From an uncultured Candidatus Saccharibacteria bacterium (lineage in GTDB: Bacteria; Patescibacteriota; Minisyncoccia; Phycocordibacterales; SBAW01): a DNA stretch of 64,000 nucleotides. The stretch covers positions 283,032 through 347,031 of the forward strand of contig CAZYUH010000001.1 of NCBI GenBank assembly GCA_964650645.1, given 5' to 3'. Both the position numbers and the translations under genes were made by a program. The notes beneath the pieces are model-generated. The model worked only from the letters and a program-made list of their open reading frames with translations. It had not been told where the DNA came from and made no database searches. This document shows positions 16,968-24,613 of the stretch, in pieces. Numbering within the stretch: position 1 is the first letter of the stretch; each line of letters starts with the position of its first letter.

Positions 16968-17654
16968 ATGAGTATTTCACTGGTACTGGCGTGGGCGTGC
17001 GCGATAGGGGTGTCCGTCCTGGGCGCGGCGTACTGGGCGCGCCGCTCGGGCCGCTCCGACCCGCTCATGGCGCTCTTCGTCACGCTGGTGCTCGTCTCCA
17101 ACCTCGTCGCCGCCAAGATAGTCGGCTTCGATTTCCTTGTGGCGACGCTCTACGCGCCGGCCGCGACCGTGTTCTTCTCGGTGACGTTCCTCGTCTCGGA
17201 CATCATAAACGAGCGCTTCGGCCGCGCCGAGGCCCAGCGCGCCATCATAATGGCGACGCTCGCGCAGATAGCGTTCATCGCGTTTTCCGAAATCGCGCTG
17301 AGCGCGGCGCCGGCGCCGTTCTTCACGGGGCAGATAGCGTTCGAGGCGGTCTTGGGCGCGGTGCCGCGCATCGCGCTGGCCGGGCTCATCACGTTCCTTA
17401 TAAGCGAGTCGCTCGACGCGTACCTCTATTCCTGGTTCAGGGAGAAGACCGAGGGCCGGCACCTGTGGATGCGCTATGCGTTCAGTTCGCTCCCCGCGAT
17501 GCTCATCGATAGCGTCCTGTTCGTCGTGCTCGCGTTCGCCGGCGTCCAGCCCCTTCTGCCGCTCATTATCGGGCTCACGGTCATAAAGTACCTGGTGGGG
17601 CTCGCCAACGCGCCGCTCATGTACGCGGCCCGCGCGGTCCTGCGCGGGGAATAG
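16968..17654 (+). CDS. Queuosine precursor transporter (YhhQ/VUT family)
   Basis: SNLVAAKI, FLVSDIINERFG, PRIALAGL, LWMR..SS...IDSVLFVVLAF. Confidence 0.88.
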   Translation: MSISLVLAWACAIGVSVLGAAYWARRSGRSDPLMALFVTLVLVSNLVAAKIVGFDFLVATLYAPAATVFFSVTFLVSDIINERFGRAEAQRAIIMATLAQIAFIAFSEIALSAAPAPFFTGQIAFEAVLGAVPRIALAGLITFLISESLDAYLYSWFREKTEGRHLWMRYAFSSLPAMLIDSVLFVVLAFAGVQPLLPLIIGLTVIKYLVGLANAPLMYAARAVLRGE

Positions 17655-17707
17655 GGGAGCTCGCCGTCCTGGCTAATCGCGGCATTGGTGATATAAGCTA
17701 CGTATAC

Positions 17708-17792
17708 GGAGGGGTGCGTGAGTGGTCGAAACGAGCGGTCTTGAAAACCGCCAGGCCGCAAGGCCTCGTGGGTTCGAATCCCACCCCCTCCG
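17708..17792 (+). tRNA. tRNA-Ser (TGA)
   Basis: Long variable arm AGGCC-GCAA-GGCCT; anticodon loop CTTGAAA. Confidence 0.95.
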
Positions 17793-17805
17793 CCGCGTCA
17801 TATAT

Positions 17806-18216
17806 ATGAAACACATCGGCATAGATTACGGAACCCGCCGCATCGGCATCGCCGTCTCGGACGAGACGGGCTCTTTGGCGTTCCCACTCGGGGTCGTAAA
17901 GGCGGGGCAGGGGGCGCTTGAGGAGGTTGCGAGCATTGCCCGCGAGAACGGCGTGCAGAAAATCGTCATCGGCGAGTCGCGCGACAACAGCGGCAGGGCA
18001 AACGAGGTAATGGAGGACATCGAGCAATTCAAAAGAGATATCGAGGAGCTGACGGGGCTTTCCGCGGACTACGAGCGCGAGTTCTTTACGAGCGCGCTGG
18101 CGGCGCGCCAGTTCGCCCCGGAGGCGAAGTCGCGAAAAAAGAACCCCTCGCACGACGACCTCGACGCGTCGGCCGCCGCCCTCATATTGCAGAGCTACCT
18201 GGACAGGGTAAAGTAA
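17806..18216 (+). CDS. ruvX: YqgF/RuvX family nuclease (pre-16S rRNA processing)
   Basis: IGIDYGTRRIGIAVSD, EFFTS, DASAAALILQSYL. Confidence 0.92.
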   Translation: MKHIGIDYGTRRIGIAVSDETGSLAFPLGVVKAGQGALEEVASIARENGVQKIVIGESRDNSGRANEVMEDIEQFKRDIEELTGLSADYEREFFTSALAARQFAPEAKSRKKNPSHDDLDASAAALILQSYLDRVK

Positions 18217-18220
18217 GCGT

Positions 18221-18553
18221 ATGGACCCTATCTCCATAGACGACGTCAAGAAGGTCGAGATAACGGTGGGCGAGATACGGAGCGCCGAGCGCATCGAGGG
18301 GAGCGACAAGCTCCTGAAGCTCTCGGTGGACTTCGGCGAGGAGTCTCCGCGCCAGGTGCTCTCGGGCATCGGCCGCCACTTCGAGGACGTGCAGGCTTTG
18401 GTGGGGAAGCGTTATCCGTTCGTCACCAACCTGGCGCCCCGCACCATGATGGGCCTTGAGAGCCAGGCGATGATACTAGCGACCGGCGGCTCGGGCGAGG
18501 AGCCGTTCAATCTATTCGAAACGAAGGCGTCTCCGGGCGCCAGGGCGAACTGA
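18221..18553 (+). CDS. Stand-alone tRNA-binding OB-fold protein (Trbp111/CsaA, MetRS C-terminal-like)
   Basis: SDKLLKLSVDFG..RQVLSGI, VTNLAPRTMMGLESQAMILA. Confidence 0.9.
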   Translation: MDPISIDDVKKVEITVGEIRSAERIEGSDKLLKLSVDFGEESPRQVLSGIGRHFEDVQALVGKRYPFVTNLAPRTMMGLESQAMILATGGSGEEPFNLFETKASPGARAN

Positions 18554-18554
18554 C

Positions 18555-19175
18555 ATGGAGGTGCTGGAGCATATAACGCCGCCGCCCAAGCGCACCCGGC
18601 TGTGGCACTGGTTCAGGGAGCACGCGAGAAGCCGCATGGCGCTGGCGTGGCTGGCGCTCATCGCCTTTACCGACACGCTGTTCTCTCCCATTACGGCCGA
18701 GGCGTTCCTGACCGCGCTCATGCTCGCCCATCGCGACCGCTGGCGCGCGTACCTGCCCGTGGCGCTCGCGTTCTCCGTGCTCGGGACCGTGACGGGGTAC
18801 TGGCTCTTCTATTTCCTGTACCGGTCGTTCGGCGAGGCCCTGCTCGCGTCGTGGGGCTACGCGGGAGCCTTTTCGGCCGCGCAGGAGCTCGTGGGCGCGC
18901 ATATCTTCACCGCGCTCCTCGTCGCGTCGTTCACGCCGCTCCCCGACAAGGTGTTCATCTACGCGGCGGGCATACTGGGCGCGCCGTTCGCCCCGTTCAT
19001 CGCGGGCTTCGCCCTGGGCCGGGGCCTGCGCATGAGTGCCGTCACGTACATCGTCTGGAAGTTCGGCGAGCCCGTGCTCGATATCGCGGACCGCTACTGG
19101 ATGTACGCCAGCGCGGCAGCCGTGGCGCTGTTCGCGCTGTATGCTATCTTGAAATTCCACCTGCTGCCCCTGTAG
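18555..19175 (+). CDS. YqaA/DedA (VTT) family membrane protein
   Basis: FTDTLFSPITAE, SVLGTVTGY, FTPLPDKVF..AAG, GRGLR. Confidence 0.85.
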   Translation: MEVLEHITPPPKRTRLWHWFREHARSRMALAWLALIAFTDTLFSPITAEAFLTALMLAHRDRWRAYLPVALAFSVLGTVTGYWLFYFLYRSFGEALLASWGYAGAFSAAQELVGAHIFTALLVASFTPLPDKVFIYAAGILGAPFAPFIAGFALGRGLRMSAVTYIVWKFGEPVLDIADRYWMYASAAAVALFALYAILKFHLLPL

Positions 19176-19237
19176 TTAAATGGATATAACTGCGGACTTC
19201 TAAGCCGCTGTTCGAGGTTCGATTCCTCGCGGGGGCA
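19166..19237 (+). tRNA. tRNA-Arg (TCT)
   Basis: Cloverleaf GCCCCTG..CGGGGGC-A, anticodon loop CTTCTAA; overlaps the upstream CDS by 10 nt. Confidence 0.9.
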
Positions 19238-19561
19238 CAGAAAAAACACAAAGACCTGCCTTGAGGCAGGTTTTGTGCTTTTCTGTGGGGCGCAGCCATG
19301 TCCCGCACTGGCGGGACGGCGAGCCGGGGTCGCGAGGCGTTTGCGCGGCGGCGCAAACGGACTTGTGACCAAAGTACACAAACAACCGCCTTGAGGCGGT
19401 TTTTGTGACTTGGTGCCGGCCGCAGCGGTGTTTTGCACTTGCAAAACCGCGAGGCGGGGTCGCGAAAAGTTTTTGCGACGACAAAAACTTATTCGTGACT
19501 GTAAAGCAGGCGGTCGCCTTAAGCTCAAGGCAGGTTTTGTGCTTTTCTGTGAGCCGGAGCG
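19238..19561 (+). repeat. tRNA-trailer elements (2 full units + partial)
   Basis: Units end at 19370 and ~19500; partial unit to GCCGGAGCG at 19561. Confidence 0.9.
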
Positions 19562-19613
19562 CCGCCGCGCGCTGATAGGAAAAAAGCCGCGTTTCTGCTA
19601 AAGTGTGCCGTAC

Positions 19614-19686
19614 GGGCGATTAGCTCAGTTGGTAGAGCAACTCTTTTACACAGAGAAGGTCACAGGTTCGAGTCCTGTATCGCCCA
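19614..19686 (+). tRNA. tRNA-Val (TAC)
   Basis: Cloverleaf GGGCGAT..ATCGCCC-A, anticodon loop TTTACAC. Confidence 0.95.
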
Positions 19687-19865
19687 CAGATGACATGCGA
19701 AAAAACGGCCGGGGGCCGTTTTTTTGCATTGTGTCACTGTGCGGCGATACAGAACTCGAAAGCGAGCGCGGGCACCCGCCGAGCGCGGCGGGTCGCGCGA
19801 GCAGGGCCGAGAAATTTTTTGCCGCGTCGGCGGCAAAAAATGTTCTTGGCCGAGTCCTGTATCGC
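19687..19865 (+). repeat. Divergent tRNA-trailer element with inverted and direct copies of the tRNA-Val 3' end
   Basis: Antisense copy at 19737-19760; direct 15-nt copy at 19851-19865. Confidence 0.8.
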
Positions 19866-19944
19866 GACGGCTGCCTTTGAATGCCTGGCCACGCATGGCC
19901 CCCGCCTCCTCGACTTAAAACTATAAGAACGCTACAGTGCGCGT

Positions 19945-20634
19945 ATGGAGCCCGTAATCCTGTTCGAGGACGACCATCTGGTGGTCGTCGATAAGCCGGC
20001 GGGGATGATCGTATACCCGGACGGCCGGCACGACTATCCGGCCCTTTCGCATTGGCTCGAGGGCCGCTACGGCGAAGGCGGCTTCTTCTTCGTGCACCGC
20101 ATCGACCGCGAGACGTCGGGCGCGCTGGTCGTCGCAAAAACGGAAGAGGCGTTCGAATTCCTCAAGGAGCAGTTCAAGGGCCGGCAGGTCAAGAAGACGT
20201 ACCGCGCGTTCGTGCACGGCACCTTCAAGGAAGAGCGGGGAATAATAGACAAGCCCATAGGCTCCAGCCGCGGCGGCGCGGGCCCGCGCTCGGCCAAGCT
20301 TTCCTACGGGGTGCAGCGCGACGCGGTGACCATGTACAAGGTGCTTAAGAGCCGGCCGCATAGCGGCGGGACGCAGGAGCCTGTCTCGTACGTCGAAGTG
20401 TTCCCCAAGACAGGGCGCACGCACCAGATCCGCGTCCATTTCGCCTCGGTGGGCCGGCCCATCATCGCCGACAGGCTGTACGGCGCCGGCCGCCCCGCGC
20501 TCCTGGGCTTTGAGCGGCTCGCCCTGCACGCGCTTTCCCTGGCAATCATCCACCCGAGCGGCCAGGAGATGGTGTTCAAGGCCCCTCTGCCGCCCGATTT
20601 CGCCGCGGCGGAAGCGCAATTGCAGGGCAACTAG
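19945..20634 (+). CDS. RluA family pseudouridine synthase
   Basis: VVDKPAGM, VHRIDRETSG, TGRTHQIRVH, LALHA. Confidence 0.95.
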   Translation: MEPVILFEDDHLVVVDKPAGMIVYPDGRHDYPALSHWLEGRYGEGGFFFVHRIDRETSGALVVAKTEEAFEFLKEQFKGRQVKKTYRAFVHGTFKEERGIIDKPIGSSRGGAGPRSAKLSYGVQRDAVTMYKVLKSRPHSGGTQEPVSYVEVFPKTGRTHQIRVHFASVGRPIIADRLYGAGRPALLGFERLALHALSLAIIHPSGQEMVFKAPLPPDFAAAEAQLQGN

Positions 20635-20742
20635 CTTTGTGTTACAGTCTTGTGGCAATATAAGCAGCTCTAGGCGCTCTTATATATCCGTCGCTCGCTC
20701 GGAAATAAAAGCGGGGCTTATATTTCTCTCACTCGCTAGGAT

Positions 20743-21237
20743 ATGAAAACGGCAGTCAAAACCTCTACGGTAGACATGGCAGCGCGCAAGGACCTCGGCA
20801 TCCGCTCGGGGGACACGGTGCGCGTCTGGCAGAACATCGTCGAGCTCAAGACCGGCAAGGCCGCCAACAAGAAGGAGGTCACCACCAAGAACGTCCGCCG
20901 CCAGGCGTTCGAGGGCCTTGTGCTCGCCGTCAAGCACGGCACCGAGGCGGGCGCCACGTTCACGGTGCGCAAGGTGTCCGGCGGCATCGGCGTAGAGAAG
21001 ATTTTCCCGCTGTACTCGCCGATGATCGACTCGGTCGAGGTGCTGCGCCGCACCCGCACCCGCCGCGCCAAGCTCTACTTCATCCGCGACAAGGCCGCCC
21101 GCGACCAGAAGCGCGCGATGCGCCGCCAGATGAGCGTGACGCCCAAGAAGGCGCTCGCCGATGAGGCTCCGGCAGAGGAGCTGGCAGCCGAGGCTCCGGC
21201 CGAGGCGGTAGAGGCAGGGGCAACTGCCCAGGAGTAA
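20743..21237 (+). CDS. rplS: 50S ribosomal protein L19
   Basis: [46 protein letters not shown]. Confidence 0.97.
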   Translation: MKTAVKTSTVDMAARKDLGIRSGDTVRVWQNIVELKTGKAANKKEVTTKNVRRQAFEGLVLAVKHGTEAGATFTVRKVSGGIGVEKIFPLYSPMIDSVEVLRRTRTRRAKLYFIRDKAARDQKRAMRRQMSVTPKKALADEAPAEELAAEAPAEAVEAGATAQE

Positions 21238-21241
21238 GAAG

Positions 21242-21264
21242 AACCGGCGCTCGCCGGTTTTTTT
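21242..21264 (+). terminator. Intrinsic terminator
   Basis: AACCGGCG-ct-CGCCGGTT followed by a T tract. Confidence 0.7.
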
Positions 21265-21320
21265 AATTTTGCGTTTGAGAAATAGGGGAATATTGGGTAT
21301 AGTGGGGCGGTTCGGCATCT

Positions 21321-21404
21321 GCCCAGGTGGCGAAATTGGTAGACGCACTACCTTGAGGTGGTAGCCCCGGCAACGGGTTGGAGGTTCAAGTCCTCTCCTG
21401 GGCA
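21321..21404 (+). tRNA. tRNA-Leu (GAG)
   Basis: Cloverleaf with long variable arm; anticodon arm CTACC-TTGAGGT-GGTAG. Confidence 0.95.
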
Positions 21405-21614
21405 CTAACGACACAAAGGCGCTCCCTGCGGAGCGCTTTGTGCGTTAGTGCCGGCCGCAGCGATGTTTTGCACTTGCAAAACCGCGAGGCGGGTTCGCGA
21501 GCGAATTTGGCGACGGCCAAATTCGACTTGTGAACGCAAACACGAATACTTTTGAACGCCTGACCAAAAAGACGCAAAGACCTGCCTTGAGGCAGGTTTT
21601 GTGCTTTAGTGCCC
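21405..21614 (+). repeat. tRNA-trailer elements (1 unit + truncated unit)
   Basis: Full unit to 21535; remnant TTGAACGCCTGACC + hairpin A + TTAGTGCCC, which is antisense to the tRNA-Leu end. Confidence 0.88.
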
Positions 21615-21638
21615 GAGCGAAGCCGCATATGGTAGTGT

Positions 21639-22625
21639 GTGGAAATGCTTTGGATTATTTTCGCAGCGATAGTCGCGGTAGCCCTGCTCGTCGATTTTTT
21701 CGCCATGAACAGGCAGGGCGCGCACCGGGTCTCCATAAAGGAGGCGGGGCTGTGGTCGGCGGCGTGGGTGGGGCTTTCGTTCCTGTTCGTCGGATGGCTG
21801 TGGTGGTACATGGGCGGCGTCGGGGCCGATCTGGCTGCGCGGGCGGTGGCGCACACCAAGGCCGTCGAGTTCATAACCGGCTACCTCATAGAAAAGGCGC
21901 TGGCGGTCGACAACATCTTCGTCTTCCTGCTCGTGTTCACGTATTTCTCGGTTCCGGCGGAATTCCAGAAGCGCCTGCTCATGTTCGGCATCCTGTTCGC
22001 GCTCGTCCTGCGCGCGGTCATGATACTGCTGGGCGCGTGGCTCGTCTCGGAATTCCACTGGATACTCTACGTGTTCGGGGCGTTCCTGTTCTACACCGGC
22101 ATAAAGATATGGCGCTCGATAGGGAAGGAGCCGGACCTGGAGTCGAACCTGGCGCTCCGGTGGATCAACCGCACCTTCAAGCTGTCCCCGCGGCTGGACG
22201 GCGAGAAGCTCTTTACCGTCCGGGACGGCGTGAAGATGGCGACGCCGCTCTTCGCCGCCATGGTGCTCATCGGCATAGTGGACGTCCTCTTCGCGGTCGA
22301 CTCCATTCCGGCCATATTCGCGGTCACGACCGACCCGTTCATCGTGCTTAGCTCCAACGTGTTCGCCATACTCGGCCTGCGCGCCATGTACTTCCTGCTT
22401 GCTGGCATGCACGAGCGCTTCCACCTGCTCTCGTACGGCCTGTCCATAATCCTCGTGCTTATCGGCGCGAAGATGATGCTCATGGACGTGCTGAAGATCC
22501 ATATCGCCTGGTCGCTCGGCGCCACCGTCGCCGTGCTCGCCGCGTCGGTCGGACTGAGCCTGCTTATAAAGCCCAAGGGCGTGGTGGGGAGCGCGTACCC
22601 GTTCGATTCGAAGGAAGAGGCTTAA
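21639..22625 (+). CDS. TerC/Alx family membrane protein
   Basis: GYLIEKALAVDNIFVF, FAVDSIPAIFAVTTDPFIV, SNVFAILGLRAMYF. Confidence 0.95.
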   Translation: MEMLWIIFAAIVAVALLVDFFAMNRQGAHRVSIKEAGLWSAAWVGLSFLFVGWLWWYMGGVGADLAARAVAHTKAVEFITGYLIEKALAVDNIFVFLLVFTYFSVPAEFQKRLLMFGILFALVLRAVMILLGAWLVSEFHWILYVFGAFLFYTGIKIWRSIGKEPDLESNLALRWINRTFKLSPRLDGEKLFTVRDGVKMATPLFAAMVLIGIVDVLFAVDSIPAIFAVTTDPFIVLSSNVFAILGLRAMYFLLAGMHERFHLLSYGLSIILVLIGAKMMLMDVLKIHIAWSLGATVAVLAASVGLSLLIKPKGVVGSAYPFDSKEEA

Positions 22626-22658
22626 ACACCGCGCCGTTGTGTGCTATAACTGCTGCAC

Positions 22659-22731
22659 GGTGGTCGTAGCTCAATGGTAGAGCCCTGGTTTGTGGTACCA
22701 GTTGTTGTGGGTTCGAGTCCCATCGATCACC
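22659..22731 (+). tRNA. tRNA-His (GTG)
   Basis: G-1/C73 pair; anticodon arm CTGGT-TTGTGGT-ACCAG; TGcTATAAC upstream. Confidence 0.95.
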
Positions 22732-22855
22732 CCTGAGAAAAAGCGGCCCATAGGCCGTCTTTTTCGTAAGAGGGCGGTCGAAGCGAGAGGCTTGAGCGTC
22801 TTGCGGTGGGACTCGAAAGCCGGAGCGATGCCCTGCACTTGCAGGGTAGCGAGGC
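22732..22855 (+). repeat. Partial tRNA-trailer element with split antisense copy of tRNA-His 3' end
   Basis: AGGGCGGTCGA...TGGGACTCGAA followed by GCCGGAGCGATG..gcACTTgc..GCGAGGC. Confidence 0.8.
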
Positions 22856-22907
22856 GGGCGGCCTGGCCGCGCCTTTTCTGCATAAAGTGCTACACTAACC
22901 GCATTCC

Positions 22908-23399
22908 ATGGACCCAAAGCAAGACAATCTGCGCCGCGCCGTGTCCGCCACCACCCGCTGGGTGGGGTCGCCGCAGTCGGTGGTACTGCATACGGTGCTG
23001 TTCATAGGCAGCTTCGCGGTGGCGTTCATCGGCTGGATAGACACCGACCGCATGCTCCTCATCCTCACCACCATCGTCTCCCTCGAGGCGATATACCTCT
23101 CGCTGTTCATACAGATGACGGTCAACTACCAGCAGCAGAGCCTCGAGGAGGTGGGGCAGGACATCGAGGAAATCCAGGAGGATATCGACGAGATCGCCGA
23201 GGACGTTGACGAGATCGCGGAGGATGTCGATGAAATCGCCGAGGACGTGGATGAGATACAGGAGGACGTGTCGGAGATGTCGGAGGAGGATGCCGAAGAG
23301 GAGGCGCGCGAGCAGGCGCAGGACAGGACGCTCGAGGAGATACGCGGCACGCTGGGCGCGCTCATGAAGGATTTGGAGCGGTTGCAAAACAGGAAATAA
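22908..23399 (+). CDS. DUF1003-like membrane protein with acidic heptad coiled coil
   Basis: LILTTIVSLEAIYLSLFIQM; (EDVDEIA)n repeats. Confidence 0.8.
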   Translation: MDPKQDNLRRAVSATTRWVGSPQSVVLHTVLFIGSFAVAFIGWIDTDRMLLILTTIVSLEAIYLSLFIQMTVNYQQQSLEEVGQDIEEIQEDIDEIAEDVDEIAEDVDEIAEDVDEIQEDVSEMSEEDAEEEAREQAQDRTLEEIRGTLGALMKDLERLQNRK

Positions 23400-23415
23400 T
23401 TGCTATTACTGAGCT

Positions 23416-23856
23416 ATGACAAACAAAGTGATCTCCGGAACGCGCGGGCTTCTCGCCGAGTTCAAGAGCTTTGCCATTAAAGGCAACGCGTTCGAGTTGG
23501 CTATCGCGGTCGTCGTGGGCAACGCGTTTACCGGCGTGGTCAATTCGCTCGTCAAGGACCTCATTACGCCGTTCCTGGGGCTTCTCACGAACCACGTGGA
23601 CTTCAAGACCCTCGCGTGGGAGCCGCACGCGGGGCTCATCGTCACGTACGGCAACTTCCTGCAGGCGCTCATTAACTTCGTCATCGTCTCCCTTTCCATA
23701 TTCCTCGTGTTCAAGGCGCTTACCGTAGCGCGCAAGCGCGTCTTCGAGCGGGGCGAGGAAGGCGAGGTGCCTCCGCACGAGAAGCCTGAAGACGTCCGCC
23801 TGCTGGAGGAAATCCGCGATATACTGAAGGGCAATGCCAAAGAAACTGGAATTTAG
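23416..23856 (+). CDS. mscL: Large-conductance mechanosensitive channel
   Basis: EFKSFAIKGNAFELAIAVVVG, YGNFLQALINF, LLEEIRDIL. Confidence 0.95.
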   Translation: MTNKVISGTRGLLAEFKSFAIKGNAFELAIAVVVGNAFTGVVNSLVKDLITPFLGLLTNHVDFKTLAWEPHAGLIVTYGNFLQALINFVIVSLSIFLVFKALTVARKRVFERGEEGEVPPHEKPEDVRLLEEIRDILKGNAKETGI

Positions 23857-24526
23857 CCCGTCCATATCCATACTGGTCGCCGGCGCGCTCATCGCGGGCG
23901 CCATCGTGTTCGTCAACATGCGCCCCGGCGCGGCCGCCACGGCGGACGGCGGGGCGCTCCCGGGCAATGCCGCGGTCCCTGCGCCGTCGGCAAGCGACCA
24001 CATCATCGGCTCGCCCGACGCCCCCATCGTGCTCATAGAGTACAGCGACTTCCAGTGCGCGTACTGCTCCATGGTGTACCCGACCATCAAGAAGATTGTG
24101 GAGGAGAGTAACGGCCAGATAGCCTGGGTCATGCGCAACCTGCCGCTCGATTCCATACACCCCGAGGCGCGCCCCGCGGCCTTGGCGGCCGAGTGCATCG
24201 CCGAGCAGAAGGGGAGCGAGGGTTGGTGGCGGTTCGCCGACGCCATGTTCGCCGACCAGAGCAAGGTGGATTCCGCGGGCTACCTGGCCGAAGCCAAGGC
24301 TATCGGCGTCGACATGGCGCAGTACCTCTCGTGCGTTTCAAGCAAGAAGTACGACCAGAAGCTCAGCGACCAGTCCGCGGAAGCCCAGGTCGCGGGCGCG
24401 CAGGGCACGCCCTACACCATCGTGTACGGCAACGGCGCTTCGGTGCCGCTCTCGGGCGCCCTGCCCGAGGCGCAGTTCAGGGCGGTTATAAAGGCCGTCC
24501 AGAACAAGGGCCAGGCCGCGCAGTAA
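23834..24526 (+). CDS. DsbA family thiol-disulfide oxidoreductase
   Basis: N-terminal TM, EYSDFQCAYC, GTP cis-Pro motif. Confidence 0.92.
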   Translation: MPKKLEFSPSISILVAGALIAGAIVFVNMRPGAAATADGGALPGNAAVPAPSASDHIIGSPDAPIVLIEYSDFQCAYCSMVYPTIKKIVEESNGQIAWVMRNLPLDSIHPEARPAALAAECIAEQKGSEGWWRFADAMFADQSKVDSAGYLAEAKAIGVDMAQYLSCVSSKKYDQKLSDQSAEAQVAGAQGTPYTIVYGNGASVPLSGALPEAQFRAVIKAVQNKGQAAQ

Positions 24527-24613
24527 GCCGCGACATCCGCGTCCTTGGTAATCGGGACGGCGAAGCGCCGTCAGCACCAGCACAGCCGCTTTACTAACTA
24601 GCACATCACGCAC

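Noticed and set aside
21405-21638. yybP-ykoY riboswitch upstream of terC/alx
   Set aside because: The upstream sequence is fully explained by the tRNA-trailer element; no riboswitch consensus seen.
12172-22731. Prophage or genomic island integrated at a tRNA
   Set aside because: No integrase or phage genes; the only tRNA-end duplication seen encloses just ~180 bp.
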